A stretch of 64,000 nt of DNA. Origin: Magallana gigas (Eukaryota). Under the pieces are notes generated by a model that was not told where the DNA came from, made no database searches, and saw nothing but the letters and a program-made list of their open reading frames with translations. The position numbers were made by a program, and so were the translations under genes. Location of the stretch: positions 55,552,001 to 55,616,000 of the forward strand of contig NC_088858.1 of assembly GCF_963853765.1 (NCBI RefSeq), in the 5' to 3' direction. Below are positions 1 to 10,851 of the stretch, piece after piece. Every line of letters begins with the position of its first letter. Position 1 is the stretch's first letter.

Positions 1-98
1 TTTTGTTAAACGTCAATACAGATAAAATATTTACATTGAAAAAAGCCAATTTAAAAGATCATCACTTCTTCTCTAAAGGCGGAGTAAATTATGAATCC

Positions 99-402
99 TA
101 TGGTGCATAGATCTGCCACCACTTGTCAGATCATTCTGTCGACTTGTCAGATCTTGATGTTGACTTCTCAGATCTTTATGTCGACTTGTCGGATATTATT
201 ATGACAAGTTAATGACAATTAGTGGCACTAACACGCTTTGAGAACAAAATATTGAGTTTCTAGTCAATAAGATAATTTTCTGACAACTCAACATAAAGAT
301 CTGACAAGTTTACATAAATATCTGACAAGTCGACAAAATCATTTGACAAGTACGCACAATTATCTGACAAGTGGTGGCTGACACATGCCACATGCCACCA
401 TA
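99..402. mobile_element. MITE with TATGG...CCATA terminal inverted repeats, internal ~21-bp repeats and 6-bp TSD (GAATCC)
   Basis: GAATCC at 93-98 and 403-408; ends homologous to the copy at 13550-13774. Confidence 0.8.
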
Positions 403-520
403 GAATCCAGTGCATGCGCGGATACAGAAATTTTTTCCAGGGGGTCCAAAGAATAATTGTGTTTGCCCCCCCCCGGGGGGGAGGGGGGGTTCGAGGCATA
501 TCTGCGATAATTTTACTTTA

Positions 521-1250
521 TTATACTTTCATGTTAAATAACGACATCTGATTGGTTAAGACGCAGTTGGTAATCCGTTCTATTACCCTCAGCGTTAGCA
601 ACACACTTGGCAACGGGTAACACAACGAATTGTTTCATGCGTGAAAAATATGTGCGTACGGTTCGTCGTAGAATTCACTTCATTTCTATATAAAAGCAGT
701 AAAATTCTCTTTAAAATTAATACATTCAGTATAATGAAATAAATAGTGCCTGTTTGGGTGGGTAACTGCTGAAATTGACACCCCCTCAATATATAAATAG
801 TGCCTGTTTGGGAGGGTAACAGTTGAAATTGACACCCCGAGAAAACCATTGTCAACCGACGCGAAGCGGAGGTTGACAATGCTTTTCGAGGGGTGTCAAT
901 TTCAACTGTTATCTTACCAAACAGGCACTATTTATTTTGTTATACTGAATGTCTTCATTTTAAAGAAAACTTAACTGCTTTTACATAGGAATAACGTGAA
1001 TTCTACGGCGAACCGTACGCACATTATTTTCGCGCATGTAACAATTTTTAATGTTACCCGTTGCTAAGTGCGTTGCTAATGCTGAGGGTAATAGAAAGGA
1101 TTATGAGCTGCGTCTAAACCAATCAGATTTCGGTATTTAACATGAAAGTATAACAAAAACCATTGTCAACCTCTGCTTCGCGTCGGTTGAAAGGTTGTTT
1201 CGGGGTGTCAATTTCAACAGTGACCCTCCCAAACAGGCACTTTTTATATA
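521..1250 (-). mobile_element. Palindrome-headed non-autonomous element, reverse copy, interrupted at 787/1155
   Basis: 521-787 joined to 1155-1250 rebuilds the reverse complement of the element at 15235-15595. Confidence 0.75.
791..1153 (+). mobile_element. Palindrome-headed element (core gacgcgaagcgga), forward copy nested in the reverse copy
   Basis: ~150-bp hairpin head plus ~210-bp tail, highly similar to 15235-15595. Superfamily not established; Crypton-like is only a guess. Confidence 0.8.
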
Positions 1251-1944
1251 ATGTAAATTTAATAAGTTTATAAATTTTCATGTTTGGGGGGAGGGGGTGG
1301 TTGGGTCAGGACCCCCCCCCCTTTTGATATGCGCATGCAGTGTGAATGTCATATCGAATGAAATTAACATCATTTCTTTATGAATCATTAATTCGTAGAT
1401 CTCCCACTAGTAGATATCCAACAATCTACAAATCACAAAACGATACAAAATACAGTAAAACAAGGTTATATCGAAACAACTGTCGCAAATGAATCATGTG
1501 GTATTTAAGTACATGTTAACAATGATGGTACACTGTTTTATTATATACCCATCAATTTCCCCATCTTCACACTCTCAATTTTACAGAGTGTGATCCGACA
1601 GGTACATATAATCACGGAATCTTATATCAAATCTTTTCATTTTTCGATCGGGATGTGTGGATATTAAATAGTGTATTTGGAGGTGTGTGGCATGACGCTC
1701 TCTTAATAGCTGACTTTGAACTACCTAGGAATCATTTCAACGTTATATATTAAAAAAAGCATTATACAGAAAAAGATTCTTAGGAATGAATAAATATGAA
1801 AAGCTTCCAGCAACATCACTGACCCACTGTCCGTGCTAACATTTGTATGATATTCTACTGTATAAATTAAGTTTGTTTAAGCGACTCTTGGTATCATTTC
1901 AGGGCAGACAAGGGACTATTTAGGAACTGTTGACAGGTCCTTCA

Positions 1945-4080
1945 TTAATAATCCACAGGAGGCGCCTCGTAATTGTTAAAACCCGAAAACGCTTCGTATA
2001 CAGTCAGTAAAAATCCGTATAAGTAAGAATGTATATCTTGGATTCTCTTTCTTGTAGCTGATTGTATTCTATTGAATGGCTTTTGTATGAGTGACTGTTC
2101 ATATGAGAACATGGCAGCTCGGAGGTCTCCTCTGATTTGGTGACATATTCCAAGGATCTCCCATGAGATGTCCCTAAGTTGTTCGGGTACAAACTGTCCC
2201 TGATCATGGTGGACTAGGACCTGTAGCTCATTTAGAGCTGTCTGGGCTCGCATTGTGTCAACACGTCTATAGCACAAAAACTCTAGCATGTGTAACAACA
2301 CACAGGGTGGGATGTACAATAAAGGGGTGTGGTCTTCCCTTCCAGGCTGTTGCTCGAGTACTAACTCCTCTATATAACAGATTTTATGATTAAGTTTGAT
2401 ATCCCATGCTAGAGCCTTTCTCATCTTTATTGGTAGCGCCTGTCCCCCTAAAACGTAATTGTATCTCTCCTGGTCTACATTTCTCTTGTATATCAGCCAT
2501 GGCTGTGCCAACTTTGCCTTTGCCATCTCTAAAACAGATAAAGCTTTCCTATATCTGCATGTCCTGTAAAAATGCATTGCAACGTACAGCATGCCAGAGG
2601 AAAACCCACACATAACTGCACATTTCAATAAGTGGCATGCCAATTTGTCAGCAATATACGTAAACTTGTTGAGGCCTTTATCAATGTACATATTGTTTAA
2701 GTAAAACGCGGCACCCTGAATGATCGTGCTTGTAACTTTTTGTAGCAGGACGACTTGACTCTGTGTGTGAGTGTAATTTATCAGCGGTTCACCAATGCGC
2801 AACAACTTTAAACACTGCCGCAAGCTTGATGGATGGATAACATCAATTTCCACTATGTCATGAAATAACTCTATATCAAGTTCAACTTCAGGTATCAAAT
2901 TCTGCTCATCTATGCGGACCATGCGTCTTGGATTGCAAAGCACATTGATTATAGAAGTTCTCATGGAGGAACTGCACAGCAACAATGCAACGCCCTTCTC
3001 ATACAATCCATACAAGCGCATAAATAATCTTTTCTGAGCTTCCCCATATATGTTGTTCAGAAACATATTGTTTTGTGGGATGAAAAAATTTGGACAAACC
3101 CCCTCATACACCCATTTTAGAAGGATTTTAAAGCAAACCCAGAAACCGACCAACAGATTTTCTGGACACCAGTAAGGTAATGTGTTCTGTTGTATGGCCC
3201 AGAAGACCGCCGTTTTCATGTGGTAGGAACACAGCAGTTTATCTTCGTCTCTAACGCCATTGTTAATAATTTCCTTTAAGAACAGTTTCAGCATACCATA
3301 AGTTAAGAACTGTGTATGATTCATTGAATACACAAGTTTGTATTCTGCTTGTGTGAACGAAATTCTCCACTCGTTGTCTACTTGCTTTCCAAGTTTGTGA
3401 CCTATTGCTACAAAGTGACATCCACTTCTGACGATGTCATTGACAACAAGAGGTTGAGGCCATACTTGACATCTGTCTATCCATGAGAAGGCAGAAGGAG
3501 GCCAGAATTCACTGATGAAACAATAAACCTCATCGTACTCTAATCCACTGCCCAGTGTCCCAGTATTACAAGGCCCATGTGTTGAAGAACCAGGAAAAGA
3601 GATTTTTTTCCTTATTTCCCTGTATTTAGAACTTGACAGCAGAAGTTTACCATTATGCCAAACACAGGCCTCCATAACATATTGTATTGCGTCATCAATA
3701 TAAATTGCGGAGGGAATCTTTATAAAGGGGAGGATTTCGATCGGGAGTCGAAGTAGAGTGAAACCTGGTGGGCTCTCAGAACAGTCAGAGATAACTGGGA
3801 TCTGTGTGCCAAACGCCCGAAACTCAAACTGGGAAAAGTTCCATAATACTCGAAAGTCACTTGGCCAAAACATAATGTCGATGTCTGACCCAGGTAGTCT
3901 TAGTCCTTCCTTTTGACTCCCACTCACCATGACACGAATTTTAAGCTGATTTTTCATCAGTTGATTCGCAATCAACTCACCATTATCAAATCTTTCTCTC
4001 CTGGAGGCCACCTGTTGTGGGGTCCCTATCTTGTGACACATTCCAACATACACTGACTCAGACATATAATGATCAGCCAT
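1945..4080 (-). CDS. cGAS-like receptor (Mab-21/cGLR nucleotidyltransferase) with C-terminal TPR-like region, paralog 1, ~711 aa
   Basis: Part of ORF 1945..4332. Probable start is ATG at 4080 (MADHYMSES), preceded by a splice acceptor (taacag|aaagATG) and matching the paralog starts. Motifs: GSQKEGLRLPGSDIDI (GS...DxD), EYDEVYCF (third acidic), WRISFTQAE, CSYHMKT, CPNFFIPQNNMF, terminal TPR SWEILGICHQIRGDLRAAMFSYEQSL. Confidence 0.9.
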   Translation of the reverse strand: MADHYMSESVYVGMCHKIGTPQQVASRRERFDNGELIANQLMKNQLKIRVMVSGSQKEGLRLPGSDIDIMFWPSDFRVLWNFSQFEFRAFGTQIPVISDCSESPPGFTLLRLPIEILPFIKIPSAIYIDDAIQYVMEACVWHNGKLLLSSSKYREIRKKISFPGSSTHGPCNTGTLGSGLEYDEVYCFISEFWPPSAFSWIDRCQVWPQPLVVNDIVRSGCHFVAIGHKLGKQVDNEWRISFTQAEYKLVYSMNHTQFLTYGMLKLFLKEIINNGVRDEDKLLCSYHMKTAVFWAIQQNTLPYWCPENLLVGFWVCFKILLKWVYEGVCPNFFIPQNNMFLNNIYGEAQKRLFMRLYGLYEKGVALLLCSSSMRTSIINVLCNPRRMVRIDEQNLIPEVELDIELFHDIVEIDVIHPSSLRQCLKLLRIGEPLINYTHTQSQVVLLQKVTSTIIQGAAFYLNNMYIDKGLNKFTYIADKLACHLLKCAVMCGFSSGMLYVAMHFYRTCRYRKALSVLEMAKAKLAQPWLIYKRNVDQERYNYVLGGQALPIKMRKALAWDIKLNHKICYIEELVLEQQPGREDHTPLLYIPPCVLLHMLEFLCYRRVDTMRAQTALNELQVLVHHDQGQFVPEQLRDISWEILGICHQIRGDLRAAMFSYEQSLIQKPFNRIQSATRKRIQDIHSYLYGFLLTVYEAFSGFNNYEAPPVDY

Positions 4081-7017
4081 CTTTCTGTTAAGTACAAAAA
4101 CTATAATAGTAAATTGAAACGATAACATTTTATTAAAATGTGAATGCGAATTTTTATATCTGTTTATTCCTTTGATAATGGTAAACACTATTTTAATTGA
4201 ATAAATTGCTATCAATAATGATAGCCTATACAAAATTACTATTGAGATGTACCCAAATGGTTTGTATCTAACTATGTGTGTGTCTAATGCCATCGTTTGA
4301 AACATGTTTGTTATCAATGTTATTGCTTTCATTTTTCGTAAAACAATTTTTCATATAACTTTCATATTGCTACATTGTGACAGGATATATGTGCACTTTT
4401 GTAGTGATAATTGATAAATGAAATAATAAATCACATCTATACGGAGGAGAAATAAACTGGTTTTTTTTTATTATTTTGATTCCAAGATTTTCCACTTTTT
4501 GAATTATGCAGAATATATTTGTTTAAGGTTCTAATTCGAATCTTGAACAAATGAAATAGAGCCTTTGTATATAACTTAAAATAATACACAGCATTAAATT
4601 GTTAATATTTTGAATTAGACAGCCAATAGCATTTTCATGAAAATGTTAAAGATTTATATTCATATGTAAAAACCTCACACCTCGTTAGATTTTATGTAGG
4701 GATGCCAATTGTGCTCGAACAGATTAGGTTCAAACTGTGTGTCCATTTCAAATCATATTTATGAATGTTACTGTCACGTACACCGTATATTTAAGTTAAA
4801 ACATTTATAAACTAATGATTATATGTAATTAATATATATAACTTTAAAATAAATCAAAAATGTATTTTATCAAAATATCTGTCAACAAATGTCTGGTTTT
4901 TTTTTTATTGTGATGCTTTTAAACATATACATTATTGAGGTAGGCATACATATTACTCGGTACTTAGGTTACTGTTTCGTGCATAATAGATAATTAAATA
5001 TTAATAAATTATAAAACAAACGCCTTTGCCAAAGTACTTTTGTTGAAAACAATAACTTAATCAGACCAATATACATGTATTAGCCGCCACAAAAGCATAA
5101 CAGGGCAAAAGTTCCATTGAAAATAACAGTCAAATTGTTCATAACAAACCATTTGGAAGCTATAAATACCTTTCTTCGAAAAGTTTAATTTTATAATTGC
5201 AGAATTCAACATTTTAACAGCAATGTTTTTTACACACTATGTTGACATTCGAAACTCTCCGGATTTTTTAGTAGTAAATGCACTGTGTTAGAATTATCTC
5301 CCGTATTTTCTTTGATGAACAGAAAAAAATTTTCAATGAAAATTTACAAGCATTTGTTTTATCGTTTCTGAATTTATCCATTGTGGAAACATAAAAAAGA
5401 GCCTCCCGTGATTTAGCGTGAATGTAATGCGCATGCGCGAGAGTGTAAAATCCAAAAAATTCAGATGATTTACGGAATTTTTTCTAGGAATTTTCGTTGA
5501 TTATTAATTAACGAAGCTTGATTGAGAAAAAATAAGAACATATTGGTAATCTTCAAGTACCAATGATGCTTAAAATATATAAAGCAAAAGACAGTACTTT
5601 TCCGATTTATCGGTATTAAAGCCTAAATATTCGAGTATTTTGATGTAGTAGTATAGATACTTTTAATACCCATACTTTTAGGATATATGTGCAGTATAAC
5701 TCATTATTTAAAATCATTTGGGTGACATTAAATGATTATTCAAAACCAAACCAACGGATTTGATATGTTGTATAACTCATTTTATTCTACAGATAAAGAC
5801 TCAAGTAATTTTGAAGTACTTTTTAGCATATTATTTCATTTGAATTAAATGAATTAGCTCAACTGGTACCTCAAGATGTTTTAAAATGTTAAAATCAACA
5901 TGTTGATTGCATTGATAAACATACCTTTAAGGGAACATGTTCATTTATTACAATTTCGTTTCTTTTAAATCAACATTTTTTTTATTGCTATTCAAAAACG
6001 TACAATTAATTCTGACAATGCAAATTTTCAACAAGAGGACATAGCACAAACTTCACAGTTTTTTTCCACTACAAATAAATGCAATGAAACGTTGCTATAT
6101 ATACGCTTACAAACGGATTAATATTGCATAATGCGATTTTAAATAATTTAAACAAACGAAAAGTACTCAATAATTGATAAAGGTATTGATGAATTTTCCG
6201 AATAATTTAAACTGAAAAATAGTCACGAATAAAATAAATCCTTTTTTGGGGAAATGGTCTGATTAAGGTCATATATATAGTTTATTCAGGTATGTATATA
6301 CACTTAAGTTATCTGATGAGTTTTTGTAAGTAAACCTATTTTGAAATAACCAGCCAGGTTCAAATTATTTTTAAAATTTCTATTATCATTTCTTAGAAAC
6401 CTTGAAAAATATAATATTAAACAAAATGTGATTTCATACAAAAGTTCCGGAACTAAAACAAATCAAATCGAAATTAGAATATGCCAACCAACATGAACAA
6501 ATATATAAATATATAAATATACCTTAAAAATAGAAACAAAAAAGGAAATAAATTGAAATGAAATTCTAACTTTATCAATAATCAAAACGAGAATTTGAAT
6601 TTGAATAACTGATAATGTAAAAGCCTGACAAAAGATTCTTCTTTTTCATAACTTTTGAGATATCTAATTTTGACTTGTTTTACATAACTACAATATATAT
6701 CATATATGCATCATATTTTACAAAATCCACCCTTGCTATTAGGGTTCTATTCAACTTCATTTTAAATGTATAATGACCATACCTATGTGACTTTTAAATG
6801 AGAAGGTTCTCAATGTTCTTTACCATTACTCTATTGTGATGTATTGATGAAAGTAACATCGGCAAATACTTTCTTTTAGGGCGTCTCGTCTTTATATATG
6901 TTCATACTTGCGTGTTAATTTTCGGTTTGGGATGATGTATTTTCGTGGAACTCAGAAATTTGAGTCTAAATGATATTTTCGATCAGAAATTAAGTTTTGC
7001 TTTTTCATTTTATGACA

Positions 7018-7021
<4 letters not shown>

Positions 7022-7081
<60 letters not shown>
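7022..7081. repeat. (AG)n microsatellite
   Basis: Directly visible. Confidence 0.98.
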
Positions 7082-7082
<1 letters not shown>

Positions 7083-7398
7083 ATTTAGGTTGCGTTTTCA
7101 CTTGAAAAAAACACTATTTTTTCAGATGTTTTCTATGACCTAAACAGATGGGAGTTTTAAAAACTCGTACAGGATCCCATTATCTTTATATAAATTACAT
7201 AATTTTATTCCACCAGTGGTAACTGATCGTTTGTTGGCAACTTTATAATATCAAGGCATATTCTCAGGATTTTTAGATCAATCTTCACATATCTAATTTT
7301 GATTTGTTTCACAATAGCTGCAAGACATGAAATTTTATAGGATGTACAATTGATTATACAATTACATTCAATTTTCATGATTCAAACGTTAAAATTTA

Positions 7399-7577
7399 CT
7401 GTGGAATCATTTTTATCCGTGGGGGTCAATGTCCATGGGTAGCCAAATAATTCCTGGTTCGTGGTGACGTAATTTTGTTGGTAGCAAGTATTATTATGTA
7501 AATAAAATTCTGGGCAAGGGTTAGATACGAAAGTCACGAACATTGCACCTCTCCAAGAACGAAAAATTATTCCACAG
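7399..7577. mobile_element. Small MITE with TA TSD (ctgtgga...tccacag)
   Basis: Short TIRs flanked by TA on both sides. Confidence 0.6.
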
Positions 7578-7844
7578 TAGTTCATCCCTATGTATAAAAC
7601 AAATAACTTACCTATGGAATAAGATTCTCAAGGTTCTTTACATTAATTCAAAGAGGTGTTGTACTTGCTGAAAGCAACACCGACCAATTCTTTTTAAAGC
7701 CGTATCGGCTTTATATTTGTTGATACATGCGTGTAGAGTTTCGAGTTTGGGCTGACGCATTTTCGCAGAACTCGGAAATATGAGAATGCACGATGTTTTA
7801 GGTTAAAAATAATCGTATTAGTTCTTTAATTTTAATGAAATTTT

Positions 7845-7846
<2 letters not shown>

Positions 7847-7901
<55 letters not shown>
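7847..7901. repeat. (AG)n microsatellite
   Basis: Directly visible. Confidence 0.98.
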
Positions 7902-7904
<3 letters not shown>

Positions 7905-10684
7905 GGGATAAAGCTTTGTAGCTGATGTAATCAGAGTGTAGATTGTTTCACACTGTTCACAAAGCGTACAAAATATGAAACGTAAAATATTATTATTTAA
8001 TTAGTGTTTATTGTAACGTTAATCGGCATTACCATGATGTACATGTTCATTGATAGTTTCCACACTGACCTTCGTTGAAATCATCCAGGTATTATAAAAT
8101 ACGGTATTAATAAAACATCTTTCGACGTATCTGCATCTTATTTTGTTCCGTTTTTAGCAGGTACAAATCAACAATACCAGGTAATGTAAATATTTTATTA
8201 AGTTGTATCAGCAATGAACACCTGGTAATTGATTGCAGCCCAATATTTGTTTTATAGCATGCATACAATTCTGAAAGGTGGAACTGAAAGGGGCTATTAG
8301 ATTTTCATCATTTTCTATTGATAGAATAAATATAATATTGATCACATACGGAAACCCTCTTGCTGAAGATGTCTATAATCATAGATTGCTTATAATTAAT
8401 ATTTTGTTGAAATATCCAGAATGTGTACATCCGTACGTCTTCAGGAATGTCATGTGATTAACGAACAGTGCTCAAAAGGAAACAGGTATTCCTTTAAAAG
8501 GAATGATCGGCATGTTATATAATTCGTCAGTTATGTTAATGTAAAACTAAACTATTACGCTACATGCAATAAACTACATATAGCACCGTTTGTTGATTTC
8601 TGAAATAGCAATGCATGAATAAGCTTTACGTTTAGTAGGCAAATTATACTTCCAATCAATATTCTTACGCATGTTTGAAGAGAACCTGATTTGAATGAAT
8701 ATGTATGTTACTGTATATTTTTTTAAGGCAAAAGAAGAAGAACAACGTTTTTAGTAATCTACTTGTTATGAAAGGTTTAAATGAGGCTGTTATTGAATTG
8801 TAAAAGAAGTAATGCAAGACGCAATGCGCACAAATAGAAAAAATTGCCGGATGTTTCATATGGACACAACCAGGATACATGTGCAGAGCAAACACGGACC
8901 TCTAAATTACATTGAAGGTAGGGCCAGGTGACATGAAGAAGTGAGCCTCCTCTACTGACAGGTCACAACACAAACTTTTATTGAGTTTTTTGTTTCTCTG
9001 CCTTTTTGCTGTGTTGGATTGAAGTGTATTCAAAAAGAGACCAATTTGTACAGGTGATGAGAAGCTCCAATTTTTGATAGCAAATAAATTCAAAGAGTAA
9101 ATCAAAGTACTGATAGTACTGAAAAGCGCTAACCTAGCTTGGTTCTAAAGGAAATTTACTTTGTACAAGCGTAGTTAGAAATAATCTATTTGATTTTTCA
9201 GCTTCTGTTAAGGCAATATATTTCCTCATCACTGCGTGGCAGCCTCTGTAGTGATGTACGTAAGCCCTGCACCTTGGATTCACAATAGCCCGAACTTCAT
9301 ATTAACAATAGCCCGTGCAACTACATTTCTATGTGCGTAAACCCCTGAAACTGGTTCCCCACCAGTTTAAACGATAAATATTTCTGCTCAAAGGGGCGGT
9401 TATTTGATGCACCGGAAGTCGAAGTCAAACGACAATAAAGCGCTTAGCTATGCTTAGCGCTTTAAAAATGAACTATTATAGGTCTGGACATTGTAACAGA
9501 TGTATTGAACTATTATAGGCCTAGACACATTATGTTTGACCAGTAAATACAGTTCCTAGTTCAATTACACTGTACACACTTAATGTTGGTTGCGTGTTCT
9601 GTTATTTAACAAAGCACTTGATACGTGTTTTCTCAGTCTACCCAGTTAATAATGGGTTCTCACTTAAGCTTAAAGTACATTTGCTCGAAAATTGTTCAAA
9701 GTTCCGGCCTTGGAATCTTAACGATCTTCATAAAGAGATTGTTTCATTTAATAGACATTTTAAATGCATCTGCTTTTGCCCTTTAGCGACGTTTATAGCA
9801 ATGGTAGACATATACATTAAACGTAATATTGAAACTTAAAAACTTGAAGACACAAAACAGTTATTGTTGGTAAGGGTCCAGGATTAAGGAAGAAAGAGAA
9901 CACACTAAACGTATTAAAATGTAGCATAAACCAAACCAAATGCATGCGGATTAAGGAAATAGTATTATTATCAATCCACAATACTGCATATGGTAACTAT
10001 TAATAGAGTTGCAGGAGACAGTTTTATTAATTTTTGTTCACAAAATACAAGGAAGGTTTTAGAATGAAAATGTATAACTATTTTCGTAATCATAGATTTT
10101 CTTATCGTATATTTTTAATTGAAAGAGAGCTGTACTGATTAAGTGGTAGAACTATATTGCAAAGTATAGAGAGGTTATTTTTTTAATATAGGAAAAAGGC
10201 AAGACCCGAATTGTAAAATGAAATGGACCAATACATTATCAAGACACAGTTTTGGCAAAAAAAGCCAAGTTATTCATAAAAATGATGTGTTTAAATGGTA
10301 GTAATAATTATGGGTCAAATCTATCTGAGAATAGTTTCATAGTAAGATCACAAATTGTATCATTGTTGTTTTTAATTTTAAAAATGTTCCCAATATATTT
10401 CAATGTAAAATTTTGAAAACTTCCAGGTTGGTTAAAGTGGCAATTATTAAGGAGAAGAACTAAAAATGAGTAATCATAGAGTTTTAGAAAATTAGCATTA
10501 ACAATCCTCAAATTTGTAGCGTGTCCGTGGCTATTTTTTTTTAGTTGAAAAACAATGTGTTTGAAATACACCTTGAGATAGCTTCTTAAATCAGTAGAGA
10601 ATTACTTAATCATGATACGAGGACGAGCATATTTTTATCAAAAATTATGATTTGATAAATTTAATTCAATAAATATGGACAAAA

Positions 10685-10750
10685 GGCCAAGGCGGATTCA
10701 AACTCATGATATGTAGTTAACAAGTCCGATAGTTAACCACCGAGCAGTCA
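10685..10750 (-). mobile_element. Degenerate tRNA-derived SINE head
   Basis: Minus strand has A-box-like gctcggtggttaa and B-box-like gtttgaatcc at tRNA spacing; too degenerate for a tRNA gene. Confidence 0.4.
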
Positions 10751-10851
10751 TGATATAGTTAGATAACAAGAGAAATTTCCCTAAACTTAACTACCATATG
10801 ATGGCATTTAAAACAAAGCTCTCACTAGTAACAGTTACTGTTTTAAAACAC

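Larger units (their letters stand above)
413..1337. mobile_element. Poly-G/C-rich MITE (catgcgc...gcgcatg termini) hosting nested insertions
   Basis: Inverted termini, flanking direct repeat cagtg (408-412 and 1338-1342), G/C runs near both ends. Confidence 0.6.

Noticed and set aside
99-402. ~21-bp repeats as a possible CRISPR array or coding repeat (ORF 260..499)
   Set aside because: No unique spacers, eukaryotic context; the repeats lie inside a TIR element with a TSD.
2143-2217. Gene conversion between paralogs 1 and 3
   Set aside because: 11 synonymous codon differences in the identical peptide argue for selection, not recent copying.
4081-4332. First 84 codons of ORF 1945..4332, and the 13-14 aa leaders of the other two cGLR ORFs
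   Set aside because: AT-rich, not homologous between paralogs, and ending in a splice acceptor just before the shared ATG; treated as intron.
10685-10750. tRNA gene (and a similar trace at ~42060-42180)
   Set aside because: A/B boxes are degenerate and no cloverleaf forms; SINE remnant at most.
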